Below, one piece after another: positions 18,315 to 27,752 of a stretch of DNA of 64,000 nt. This DNA comes from Polyangiaceae bacterium (lineage in GTDB: Bacteria > Myxococcota_A > Polyangia > Polyangiales > Polyangiaceae). The notes beneath the pieces are model-generated. The model worked only from the letters and a program-made list of their open reading frames with translations, was not told where the DNA came from and did not search any database. The stretch lies in contig JBGANF010000020.1 in NCBI GenBank assembly GCA_044222475.1, positions 1-64,000 of the forward strand, written 5' to 3'. Position 1 is the stretch's first letter. Each line of letters begins with the position of its first letter. Both the position numbers and the translations under genes were made by a program.

Positions 18315-19148
18315 GTGATGAGGAAGGCTCTCGACGTCGTCACGAACGCGCTCGGCTACACGAACCACGAGACGCAGACGGAGCACGGTGACGTGCATTT
18401 CGTGCGCGCCAAGGGGCACGGCCGGTTGCCTCCGATCGTGCTCCTCCACGGGCTCGGATCGCGCGGCCTCGACTACTTCCCGGTGGTGCGTCACCTGCGA
18501 GGGGAGACGCGCGCGGTGATCGCGCCGGATCTGCTGGGCCACGGTCGCAGCGGTACGCCGGACGTCGCGCACGACGTCGAGGCGCTCTCGTCGGCGCTGT
18601 CGCACTCGCTCGCGCACGCGCTCGACGAGCCGGCGGTGGTGTACGGCAACTCGCTCGGCGGGCTCGCGGCGCTCCGGTTCGCGCTCGATCGACCGGACCT
18701 CGTACGCGGCCTCTACCTCGCGTCGCCGGCCGGCGCGGCGTCGACGGCGGAGGAGCTCGCCGAGCTGCGCGATCTCCTCGCGGTGGACTCGCACGGTAGC
18801 GCGCTGCGCTTCCTCGACGCGGTGTTTCACGAACCCGCGCCGCTCCGTCACGTGCTCGCGTTCGGTCTGCGTCATCGGTTCGGTGCGCCGACGCCGAGAG
18901 CGATCCTCGCCGAGCTCGACGAGTCGCCGGCGTTCACCCCGGAGGAGCTCGGGACGATCCGCGCGCCGATTCGGCTGTTCTGGGGGAGGGGAGAGCGGCT
19001 CTTTCCGCCGTCGCACCTCGAGTTCTTCCGCGCGCACCTGCCCCCTCACACCGAGATCGAAGAGGCGCACGGCTTCGGGCACGCGCCCCAGCTCGACGAC
19101 GCGCGTGCGCTCGCGCAGAGGCTCCTCGACTTTGCGCGCACCGTGTAA
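18315..19148 (+). CDS. Alpha/beta hydrolase
   Basis: VLLHGLG, PDLLGHGRS, GNSLGG nucleophile elbow, GHAPQ. Confidence 0.9.
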   Translation: MMRKALDVVTNALGYTNHETQTEHGDVHFVRAKGHGRLPPIVLLHGLGSRGLDYFPVVRHLRGETRAVIAPDLLGHGRSGTPDVAHDVEALSSALSHSLAHALDEPAVVYGNSLGGLAALRFALDRPDLVRGLYLASPAGAASTAEELAELRDLLAVDSHGSALRFLDAVFHEPAPLRHVLAFGLRHRFGAPTPRAILAELDESPAFTPEELGTIRAPIRLFWGRGERLFPPSHLEFFRAHLPPHTEIEEAHGFGHAPQLDDARALAQRLLDFARTV

Positions 19149-19160
19149 GCTCGCCGCTCG

Positions 19161-19514
19161 ATGCGCGAGGTCTGCTTTCTGATTGGTCGAGACGGCGCGG
19201 TGCTCTGGGCCGACGCCGGGACGTCGGCGGCGGCGCTACCGGACTCGCGCGATCGCTGGGAGGCGATCTGGCGTCACCGCGAGGAGCTCGAGGAGATCGC
19301 CCACAGCCACCCCATCGGGCCGTTGGGGTTCTCCGCCGAGGACGAGAGCACGATGGCGGCGCTCACCCAAGCGCTCGGGCGCTCGCTGCGCTTCTCGGTC
19401 GTCGCGCCGAACGGCACGCTGGTTCGTCGAGCCGGTCGGACCGGCGACGACGTGATCGTCCAGAAGGAGCCGTGGTGGACCGCTCTCCTCCGCCTGGCGT
19501 CGGGGATCCGGTGA
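19161..19514 (+). CDS. JAB/MPN+ (JAMM) metallopeptidase
   Basis: N-terminal Glu (REVC) and HSHP-x5-S-x2-D (AHSHPIGPLGFSAED). Confidence 0.85.
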   Translation: MREVCFLIGRDGAVLWADAGTSAAALPDSRDRWEAIWRHREELEEIAHSHPIGPLGFSAEDESTMAALTQALGRSLRFSVVAPNGTLVRRAGRTGDDVIVQKEPWWTALLRLASGIR

Positions 19515-19900
19515 TGCCGTATCGCGAAGCGCCGAGGGATCTGCACGTGCTGTACACCGACTTCAACGGCGTCGTCAGCGCGTACGACGTCACGAGCGGT
19601 CGTGTGCTCTGGCAACGTGCCACCGCGGAGCCGGAGCACTCTCTCACGCTCCACCCGACGCCTGGTCGTCTGATTCTCGTCCAAGCCGCGCGGGTTCTCG
19701 CGCTCGAAGCAGCAACCGGGCTCACGATGTGGAGCTCGACCCTCGGCGATCCGGAGGACCGAAGTCCGCGCACGACACGGGTCGAGGTCGTCGGGGACAC
19801 GGTGCTCGTCGAGCTCGGTGGCGTTCTCCACGCGCTCGGCAGCAACGACGGAAAGCAGCGCTGGACCGCGCGGGTGAAGGATTGGGCCGTGTCAGAATAG
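19514..19900 (+). CDS. Small PQQ-like beta-propeller repeat protein
   Basis: AYDVTSGRVLW, ALEAATGLTMW, ALGSNDGKQRW; TGATG-coupled to JAB gene. Confidence 0.8.
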   Translation: MPYREAPRDLHVLYTDFNGVVSAYDVTSGRVLWQRATAEPEHSLTLHPTPGRLILVQAARVLALEAATGLTMWSSTLGDPEDRSPRTTRVEVVGDTVLVELGGVLHALGSNDGKQRWTARVKDWAVSE

Positions 19901-19950
19901 GGACGACGTCGTCGTCCGCATTGCGAACCAAAAGGTCGAGGGAGGCTCGT

Positions 19951-20178
19951 ATGTCGATCATCAACATCACCTACAACGGCGTGTCGGCGGACTACCCGCT
20001 CGACGCGGCGGTCGCGCTCTCGGACGCGGACGTCCGTCGCATCGCGGTCGAGGTCGTTCGTGCGGGCGGTGTCCGCGGCATCGTCGCGGAGAACCTCGCG
20101 GACGGCGCGTTCGACAACTTCGTCGTCGACCGCCTCGGCGACAAGATCTACCTCCGTCCGAAGGTCCCCTTCGGGTGA
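19951..20178 (+). CDS. Putative ubiquitin-like (beta-grasp) modifier, 75 aa
   Basis: GGAGG RBS; strand-strand-helix pattern, terminal strand IYLRPKVPFG ending in Gly; between JAB and E1 genes. Confidence 0.7.
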   Translation: MSIINITYNGVSADYPLDAAVALSDADVRRIAVEVVRAGGVRGIVAENLADGAFDNFVVDRLGDKIYLRPKVPFG

Positions 20179-20188
20179 AGGTCGCGCG

Positions 20189-20761
20189 ATGAAGATCGTG
20201 TTTTGCGGCGTGGGAGCCCTCGGCTCTCACGCCGCGCTTTCATGCCGCAGCCTGGGCGCCGAGCTCGTCTTCATCGACTTCGATCGCGTCGAGTCGAAGA
20301 ACGTGGCGTCGCAGGGGTACGTGAAGCCGAGCGTGGGGAAGAACAAGGCCGAAGCGCTGAAGGCGATCTTCGCGAACTTCTACGGCGCGAAGGCCGAGGC
20401 GTTCGGGGTGCGACTGGTGGAGACGAACGTCGACACCCTGCTTTCGTCGGCCGACCTGATCGTCGACGCGTTCGACAACAAGGCGAGCCGCGACATCCTC
20501 TCGACCTACGCGCGAGCGAAGAACAAGCCGCTGGTTCACGCGGCGGTCTCGGCGGACGGAACGTTCGGCATCGTGCGCTGGGACGAGCGCTTCGAGGCGG
20601 ACGCCGAAGATCACGAAGGCCAAGCGACCTGCGAAGGAGGAGAGCACCTCCCCATGCTGACCCTGGTCGCGAGCGTCCTTTCGAGGACGATCCAGGATTT
20701 CCTGAAATCGGGAGCCAAACACGACGCAATGGTGTCCCTCCGCTCCGTGACGCCGACCTGA
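20189..20761 (+). CDS. ThiF/MoeB/E1-like adenylyltransferase (minimal)
   Basis: IVFCGVGALGS, IDFDRVESKN, GKNKAEAL, IVDAFDN; C-terminal ATCE Cys. Confidence 0.92.
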   Translation: MKIVFCGVGALGSHAALSCRSLGAELVFIDFDRVESKNVASQGYVKPSVGKNKAEALKAIFANFYGAKAEAFGVRLVETNVDTLLSSADLIVDAFDNKASRDILSTYARAKNKPLVHAAVSADGTFGIVRWDERFEADAEDHEGQATCEGGEHLPMLTLVASVLSRTIQDFLKSGAKHDAMVSLRSVTPT

Positions 20762-21026
20762 CTCTCCCATTCCCATTCCCAATCCACCCCTTCGGGTACC
20801 ACGAAGCGCGGCCGTTCCACATTCCCCCGAATTCGTCTTTTTGCCCTCAGCCTGTCGGATTGACCCCACCCGCCGCGTCGATCCCAGAAGCTTGATAGAG
20901 CGCGAACCCCGTGCGTCGCAGCGCATGGCCTGGGAAACCAGCCGTGCCCGCCGCGCATGCGCGCTCCGAACGGCAGCGAATGCGAGGTCGCTGCCGTTCG
21001 TCTTTTTGTGGCATGAGTAGGCCGCC

Positions 21027-21746
21027 GTGTACGCCTTCGCCGCCATCGTCTTCGTCGCCTTCGTCGTGGAGTCGGCGGCCGGCTTCGGCGCGACGGTCGT
21101 CACCGTCACGCTCGCGGCTCAGCTCATGGCCGTCGACGACGTGCTCGCGCGCTTCCTTCCGGTGAACGTCGCGCTGTCGCTCTACCTCGTCTCCCGGCAC
21201 CGGCGCGCGGTCGACGTGAAGATGCTCCTCCGCGGCATCGTCCCGGCGATGGGTCTCGGGATGATCGGCGGCACCGTGCTCGCGCGCTTCGCCCAGCCCG
21301 GGTGGATCAAGATCGCGTTCGCCGTCTTCGTGATCGCGCTCTCGGTCCTCGAGCTCTGGCCCCGCCGGGACCCTGCCGCGCGCGCGCTCCCACGCCCGGT
21401 CCGCTGGCTCGCGCTCGGCGTCGCCGGGATCATCCACGGGCTCTTCGCGTGCGGCGGTCCGCTCGTCGTCTGGGTGCTCGGGCGCGAGGTGAAGGACAAG
21501 GCGATCTTTCGCAGCACGCTGAGCGCGCTGTGGCTCCTCCTCAACGGCGTGCTCGTGCTCACGTTCGCCCTCACGAAGAAGATCGATCCGTCGACCCTCC
21601 GCGACTCGCTCTGGCTGGTCCCTCCGCTCGCGTTCGGGATCGCCGTCGGCGAGGCGGTGCACCGCCGCCTCTCCGAGGCTCACTTTCGCCGCGTGATCTT
21701 CGGCCTTCTGCTCGTGGCCGCCACGATCCTCCTCGTGCGCCGCTGA
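21027..21746 (+). CDS. Sulfite exporter TauE/SafE family membrane protein
   Basis: AGFG, GLFACGGP, multiple TM helices. Confidence 0.85.
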   Translation: MYAFAAIVFVAFVVESAAGFGATVVTVTLAAQLMAVDDVLARFLPVNVALSLYLVSRHRRAVDVKMLLRGIVPAMGLGMIGGTVLARFAQPGWIKIAFAVFVIALSVLELWPRRDPAARALPRPVRWLALGVAGIIHGLFACGGPLVVWVLGREVKDKAIFRSTLSALWLLLNGVLVLTFALTKKIDPSTLRDSLWLVPPLAFGIAVGEAVHRRLSEAHFRRVIFGLLLVAATILLVRR

Positions 21747-21799
21747 CGCGCAAAGGTTGCACTAGAAACCGCCATCCGGCTGGCTAGGATCGGCAAACC

Positions 21800-24154
21800 A
21801 TGCCCATCCGAGAAGACGAGATCGCCGCGCTCGATCGCTACGTGCGCGCCGCCAACTACCTCACCGTCGGTCAGATCTACCTCCAGGCGAACCCACTCCT
21901 TCACGAGCCGCTCCAAGCCGAGCACGTGAAGCCGCGCCTCCTCGGGCACTGGGGTACGTCACCCGGTCTCAACCTGCTCTACGCGCACTTGAACCGCGTG
22001 CTCCAGCAGCGCGATCTCTCGCTCATCTACATGACCGGTCCCGGTCACGGTGGTCCTGCGCTCGTCGCGAACGTCTACCTCGAGGGCTCCTACACCGAGT
22101 TCTATCCGCGCGTCCCGCAAGACGCGTCCGGCATGCTCAAGCTCTTCCGCCAGTTCTCGACGCCGGGCGGCGTGCCGAGCCACGTCGGCCCGCAGACGCC
22201 GGGATCGATCCACGAAGGCGGCGAGCTCGGCTACGTGCTCACCCACGCGTTCGGCTCCGTGTTCGACAACCCCGACGTCGTCACCGTCGCCGTCGTCGGC
22301 GACGGCGAAGCGGAGACCGGCCCGCTCGAGGGATCGTGGAAGGGCATCCGCTTCCTGAACCCCGTGCACGACGGCGCGGTTCTGCCGGTGCTCCACCTCA
22401 ACGGCTACAAGATCGCCGGGCCGACGGTCCTCGGGCGTTCGTCGAACGAGGACATCAAGGCTCTCCTCGGTGGGCACGGCTACCAAGTCACCTTCGTCGA
22501 AGGTGACGATCCGGTACACGTGCACCGCGCGATGGCCGAGGCTCTCGATGCCGCGTTCGATCGCATCGCCGAGATCCAGAAGACGGCCCGGAAGGGGAGC
22601 GCGGCGGCCGTGAACGCCGTGCCGCGATGGCCGGCGATCGTGCTCCGCACGCCGAAGGGTTGGACTGGTCCGAAGGTCGTCGACGGAAAGAAGGTCGAAG
22701 GATCGTTCCGCTCGCACCAGGTCCCGCTGTCGCACGTGCGGAAAGATCCGAAGGCGCTCGCCGCGCTCGAGCAGTGGCTGAAGAGCTACAAGCCCGAGGA
22801 GCTGTTCGACTCCGAAGGTCGGCCTCGCCCCGAGCTGCTCGCGCTCGTGCCGCCGAAGGAGCGGCGCATGGGCGTGCAGAAGCACGCCAACGGCGGCGAC
22901 GTCGCGCCGCTCATCGTCCCCGAAGCGCAGAAGTACGCGCTCGACGTGCGCTCGCCCGGGAGCGTCACCGCGGAGTCGACGAAGCCGCTCGGCGCGCTGT
23001 TGCGCGACGTCTACACCGCGAACCCGAAGACGTTCCGCTTGTTCTGCCCCGACGAGACCAACTCGAACCGCCTCGGGGCCGTCTTCGAGGTCGAGAAGCG
23101 CTGTCTCATCGGCGCGCCGCAGCCCGAGGACGATCACGTCGGCTCCGACGGGCGCGTGATGGAGGTGCTCTCCGAGCACAACAGCGCCGGGTGGCTCGAG
23201 GGCTACAACCTCACCGGTCGTCACGGCGTCTTTGCCACGTACGAGGCGTTCTCGCTCATCGTCGCGTCGATGACGACGCAACACGCGAAGTGGCTCGAGG
23301 CGTGCGGCGAGATCCCGTGGCGCAAGCCGGTGCCGTCGCTCAACTACCTCCTCACGTCGACGTGCTGGCGCAACGACCACAACGGGTTCAGCCATCAGGG
23401 GCCCGGCTTCATCGACACCGTGCTCTCGAAGAAGGGCTCGGTCGCGCGCGTGTACCTCCCGCCGGACGGCAACAGCCTGCTCGCCGTGTCGGAGCACGTG
23501 CTCAAGAGCCACTCCGTGGTGAACGTCGTCGTCATCGACAAGCAGCCGCAGCTCCAGTGGCTCAGCTTCGAAGAGGCGAAGGCGCACCTGACGCGAGGCG
23601 CGTCGCGCTGGGACTTCGCGTCCAACGAAGCCGACGGCAAGCCTCACGTGATCCTCGCCTGCGCCGGCGACATCGCCACGCAGGAGACAATCGCGGCCGC
23701 TGCGTACTTGCGGAAGCACGCGCCCGAGCTCCGCGTGCGCGTCGTGAACGTGATCGATCTCATGACGCTCTTCCCGCCCGACGCGCACCCCCACGGGATG
23801 ACGGCGCCGCGCTTCTGGGAGCTCTTCACGCACGACGTCCACGTCGTGTTCGCGTTCCACGGGTATCCGGGCGCGGTGCACCAGCTCCTCCACGGTCGCC
23901 CCGACGCGGATCGCTTCCACGTCCGCGGCTACCGCGAAGAGGGGACGACCACGACGCCGTTCGACATGGTCGTCGTCAACAAGATGAGCCGCTACCACCT
24001 CGTGATGGACGCGCTCAAGTACGCGACGCCTCCGACGCTCCTCCGCGACGAGATCGTCCTCGACTGCGAGGCGATGCTGGTGAAGCACCGGAACTACGTC
24101 CGCGACTACTTCGAGGACATGCCGGAAGTGCGCGATTTCAAGCTTCCGGGGTAA
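21800..24154 (+). CDS. xfp: Xylulose-5-P/fructose-6-P phosphoketolase
   Basis: KPRLLGHWGT, GPGHG, GSIHEGGELGY, GDGEAETG, RNDHNGFSHQ, GYREEGTTTTPFDM. Confidence 0.97.
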   Translation: MPIREDEIAALDRYVRAANYLTVGQIYLQANPLLHEPLQAEHVKPRLLGHWGTSPGLNLLYAHLNRVLQQRDLSLIYMTGPGHGGPALVANVYLEGSYTEFYPRVPQDASGMLKLFRQFSTPGGVPSHVGPQTPGSIHEGGELGYVLTHAFGSVFDNPDVVTVAVVGDGEAETGPLEGSWKGIRFLNPVHDGAVLPVLHLNGYKIAGPTVLGRSSNEDIKALLGGHGYQVTFVEGDDPVHVHRAMAEALDAAFDRIAEIQKTARKGSAAAVNAVPRWPAIVLRTPKGWTGPKVVDGKKVEGSFRSHQVPLSHVRKDPKALAALEQWLKSYKPEELFDSEGRPRPELLALVPPKERRMGVQKHANGGDVAPLIVPEAQKYALDVRSPGSVTAESTKPLGALLRDVYTANPKTFRLFCPDETNSNRLGAVFEVEKRCLIGAPQPEDDHVGSDGRVMEVLSEHNSAGWLEGYNLTGRHGVFATYEAFSLIVASMTTQHAKWLEACGEIPWRKPVPSLNYLLTSTCWRNDHNGFSHQGPGFIDTVLSKKGSVARVYLPPDGNSLLAVSEHVLKSHSVVNVVVIDKQPQLQWLSFEEAKAHLTRGASRWDFASNEADGKPHVILACAGDIATQETIAAAAYLRKHAPELRVRVVNVIDLMTLFPPDAHPHGMTAPRFWELFTHDVHVVFAFHGYPGAVHQLLHGRPDADRFHVRGYREEGTTTTPFDMVVVNKMSRYHLVMDALKYATPPTLLRDEIVLDCEAMLVKHRNYVRDYFEDMPEVRDFKLPG

Positions 24155-24163
24155 GCTTCCCGA

Positions 24164-26050
24164 ATGCTCGACCCGACGCTGCGCGCGACTCTCGAGCAGC
24201 GCCTGAGCGAGCTGCCGTACGCGAACACGCTCGAAGCGTCGCCCACGCAGACGATCAAGCCCGAGCTCTCGGCCTCGCGGTCGGAGCCCGGGCTTCCGGT
24301 CATCTCCCTCTCCGGCGAGATGGCCGACGGCCCTCGCGCGACGACCGACGGGCAGTCGCCCGATCTCGAGCTGCGCTCGCTGCTCGGCGAAGGAGGCATG
24401 GGCAAGGTGCAGCTCGCGTTCCAGCGATCGCTCGAGCGCGAGGTCGCGGTGAAGACGACGCGCAGCGGCGCGTCGGTGAACGCAGCGTCGGCGCTCGTGC
24501 GCGAGGCGCGGATCGCGGGGACGCTCGAGCACCCCGGCGTCGTACCGGTCCACGCGCTCGGCCTCGATGGCAGCGGAGCGCCGGTGCTCGTCATGAAGCG
24601 CATCGAGGGCGTCGAGTGGGGCGCGCTGATCGCCGATCCGGAGCACCCTGGATGGTCCGCGCGGCCGGGTGATCGCCTGGTCGCCCACCTCGAGATCCTC
24701 ATGCAGGTGTGCCGCACGCTGCACTTCGCTCACAAGCGCGGCGTGCTCCACCTCGACGTGAAGCCCGAGAACGTCATGGTGGGCGACTTCGGCGAGGTCT
24801 ACCTCGTCGATTGGGGCATCGCGCGCCGCTTCGATCCGTCGTCGACGGAGCCGCTCCCGCAACCGACGCTCGCCGGCACCCCCGCGTACATGGCGCCCGA
24901 GATGGTGACCGGCTCCGGCGTCGACGTCCGCACCGACGTCTTCCTCCTCGGTGCGACGCTCCACACCGCGTTGACCGGCGAGGTCAAGAACCTCGGGGCC
25001 AACGTCACCGCGGTCCTCACGGCCGCGATGCTCGCGACGCCGTACGCCTACGGCTCGGACGTGCCCTCCGAGCTCGCCGAGATCTGCAACCGCGCGACGG
25101 CCCGCGAACCGGCCGATCGATTCCCTTCGGCCGAGGCGCTTCGTGTCGCGCTCGCGCAGCACCTTCAGCACCGAAGCTCGATCGCGCTCGCGATCGAAGC
25201 CGCCGAGCGCAGCGCGGCGCTCGCTGCGCTCCTCGGCGCGGCCGAGGCGGAGAAGCCGCCGCCGGAGATCCAGCGAGCGTACCGGTTGGCGAGCGAGGCG
25301 CGCTTCGGCTTCGATCAGGCGCTGCGCGAGTGGCCCGAGAACCGGATCGCGCGCGAGCGCCGTACGGATTGCCTCGCGCTGGTGGCGGATCTCGAGATCC
25401 GCCAAGGTCACGTCGACGCCGCCGAAGCCGCGCTCGCCGAGATGGACTCCGTACCTGAATCGTTGCGCGCGAAGATCGAGCGCGTCCGCGAGTCCCGCGC
25501 GCACGAGACGAAAGAGCACGCCCGTCTGCGCGCTCTCGCGCACGATCTCGACTCCAGCGTCGGGGCCAAGCAGCGCGGCCTCGCGATCGGTGCGTTCGCC
25601 GCAGCGACGGTCGTCGGCGCGGCGTACGTCATCTCGCATCGGAGCGATCTGAAGACGGCGCATCTGTTGTTCGTGTCCCTTCTGATCCTTTCGGGCAGCT
25701 CCGCGATGGTCTTCCTGATGCGACGGCAGCTCTTCTCGAACGCGTTCAATCGGCAAGCGACGACGCTCTTCATCGTCGGCGGAGCGGGGATCACGTTGAA
25801 CCGCGCGGTGGCGACGTTTCAGCACGTGAGCGTGTCGACCACGATGACGCTGGACATGCTCGTTCTCTGCGTCGTCATGGCGTCGGGGGCGGCGACCGTG
25901 CGCCGCTCGCTGTGGATGATGACGGGACTTCTCGTCGCGAGCATCGCCGTGAGCGTGATCGATCCCGATCTCGCGTCCATCGTGTTCGCGGTGGATCTCG
26001 TCGCGCTCCCGCTCGCGTTCTTCCACGCGTTTCGCAAGAAACCGGACTGA
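24164..26050 (+). CDS. Ser/Thr protein kinase with C-terminal multi-TM domain
   Basis: GEGGMG, VAVK, HLDVKPEN, DWG, GTPAYMAPE; about 5 hydrophobic helices at C-terminus. Confidence 0.92.
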   Translation: MLDPTLRATLEQRLSELPYANTLEASPTQTIKPELSASRSEPGLPVISLSGEMADGPRATTDGQSPDLELRSLLGEGGMGKVQLAFQRSLEREVAVKTTRSGASVNAASALVREARIAGTLEHPGVVPVHALGLDGSGAPVLVMKRIEGVEWGALIADPEHPGWSARPGDRLVAHLEILMQVCRTLHFAHKRGVLHLDVKPENVMVGDFGEVYLVDWGIARRFDPSSTEPLPQPTLAGTPAYMAPEMVTGSGVDVRTDVFLLGATLHTALTGEVKNLGANVTAVLTAAMLATPYAYGSDVPSELAEICNRATAREPADRFPSAEALRVALAQHLQHRSSIALAIEAAERSAALAALLGAAEAEKPPPEIQRAYRLASEARFGFDQALREWPENRIARERRTDCLALVADLEIRQGHVDAAEAALAEMDSVPESLRAKIERVRESRAHETKEHARLRALAHDLDSSVGAKQRGLAIGAFAAATVVGAAYVISHRSDLKTAHLLFVSLLILSGSSAMVFLMRRQLFSNAFNRQATTLFIVGGAGITLNRAVATFQHVSVSTTMTLDMLVLCVVMASGAATVRRSLWMMTGLLVASIAVSVIDPDLASIVFAVDLVALPLAFFHAFRKKPD

Positions 26051-26128
26051 CGACCCTTGCGCGTCACTCATAGATGAGTTACTGAGTGCGCCTGCTCCAA
26101 TGTAGGGGCATGAAGGAACTTGTCGGTC

Positions 26129-27748
26129 ATGGCTTTTCGTGCATCTTTCGCGGCGTTTTTGGGGGTTTGTGGGGCCCTCGCCCTCGGCTGTTCCGCCCCC
26201 TCGGGGGACGAGGCCACCTCGGCCGACGACCTCACCGGGGTCACCAGCACCGAGCGCCCGATCGAGCTCACGTCGTACGTCTACGTCGACCCGTCGGCGA
26301 ACGACGGCGTCATCAAGGCCGCCATCGCGCGTCAGATCAAGACCGCGCTCGGCGCCCTCCGGCAGCCGAAGGTCTCGCTGAACGACCGCGGGGCCCAGTC
26401 GAACCTCGATCCGTCGAAGTGGACGCGGACGACGCTCGACGTGGTCGATCCGTCCAACCCGAACGCGCCGGCGAAGAAGGTCCTCAAGGTGACGTTCCCG
26501 TACGCCGACCGCGCGGTCGTGACGAACGCGCTCGCCACGCGCAGCGCGCTCGATTTCACGATGCTCGCCGGCGACTACACCGGCTACGCGAGCACCATCA
26601 AGACGTCGTGCTCGGACGACGCGACGACCGACACCGACTCCCTCTGGTACCACTTCCAGCCGACCACGACCGCGTGTCGGTCGCTCATCAGCGCCGAGAC
26701 GACGCGCATCACGACCGAGCGGCAGAAGCTCGCGGGTCGGCCCGGCGCGATCGGCCCCGCCGAAGCTGGCCGCTGGTTCATGCCGGTGACGGCGAAGCTC
26801 GGACCGGCGAAGAAGCCGGCGGTCGCGTACTCGCCCGAGTACGACCGCCTCTTCGGCGTCGGATCGGACAAGTCCAACCTCGTCGTCTACGCGTTCTTCG
26901 GCGTCGACACGGACGAGACCAACCCGGACGACTTGCTCGCCCAAGAGGCGATGAAGTTCCTGCGCACGATGCTCGCCGCGCAGCCGAATTTCCGGCCGAC
27001 GAAGACGGATCCGGGAACGATGCTCCTCGACCTCTGGGTCGACGGGAAGAAGCTCGACGGTGTCACCTACGCGCGGATGTTCCAGTGGATCGTCGACAAG
27101 AGCGGCTACCCCGCCGAGGTCGGGAGCGACGCGACCAAGATCGCCGCGCTCCGCCGCCAAGCGCTCGCGAAGTTCACCGAGCGATGGATCACGTGGACGT
27201 TGCCGATGCAGGTGAACGCGAAGACGGTCACCGTCGAGGTGCGCAGCTTCTACGGCTACGAGGACGGGTCGGCCGACGCGCGGCAGCACGCGCAGTGGCG
27301 CTACCTCGAAGCGTTCTGGTACGGCGACGTGTTCCTCTACAACGGGCACTCGCACTTCGGTCACGGCCCGCTCGAGCCGTCGCTCTACGGCCCAGGGAAC
27401 TTCAACGACCGCTACCAGATCCTGCTCGTGAACAGCTGCATCTCGTTCAACTACTACCACGACGATTTTCTGAAGATGAAGCCGGGCGGCTCGAAGAACC
27501 TCGACATGGTCGTGAACGGTCTCCCGTCGTACGTGCTCGACGGAGGCGTCGCGACCGCGCGCTTCCTCGGCGGGCTCTTGTCGGGCAAGCAGCCGACCTA
27601 CGCGGATCTCCTGAACGGGATGCGGCTGGATTTCCCCTGGGGCGAGAAGCAGTACGATCCGATGCGCGTCGTCGACGGCGAGCTCGACAACGTGTTCTCC
27701 CAGGCGAAGACGCCCATCGCGATCAGCCCGCTCGGCCCAATATACTGA
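26129..27748 (+). CDS. Lipoprotein with putative caspase/gingipain-like His-Cys dyad
   Basis: ALGC lipobox; FLYNGHS and ILLVNSC motifs. Confidence 0.65.
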   Translation: MAFRASFAAFLGVCGALALGCSAPSGDEATSADDLTGVTSTERPIELTSYVYVDPSANDGVIKAAIARQIKTALGALRQPKVSLNDRGAQSNLDPSKWTRTTLDVVDPSNPNAPAKKVLKVTFPYADRAVVTNALATRSALDFTMLAGDYTGYASTIKTSCSDDATTDTDSLWYHFQPTTTACRSLISAETTRITTERQKLAGRPGAIGPAEAGRWFMPVTAKLGPAKKPAVAYSPEYDRLFGVGSDKSNLVVYAFFGVDTDETNPDDLLAQEAMKFLRTMLAAQPNFRPTKTDPGTMLLDLWVDGKKLDGVTYARMFQWIVDKSGYPAEVGSDATKIAALRRQALAKFTERWITWTLPMQVNAKTVTVEVRSFYGYEDGSADARQHAQWRYLEAFWYGDVFLYNGHSHFGHGPLEPSLYGPGNFNDRYQILLVNSCISFNYYHDDFLKMKPGGSKNLDMVVNGLPSYVLDGGVATARFLGGLLSGKQPTYADLLNGMRLDFPWGEKQYDPMRVVDGELDNVFSQAKTPIAISPLGPIY

Positions 27749-27752
27749 GGGG

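Noticed and set aside
19161..20761. Ordinary thiamine/molybdopterin/cysteine sulfur-carrier operon
   Set aside because: No ThiG, MoaE, CysM or rhodanese nearby, no GG terminus, E1 lacks CxxC; disfavoured but not excluded (a TauE gene follows)
20762..20790. TCCCAT hexamer run after E1
   Set aside because: Short, no partner arm found; no function supportable
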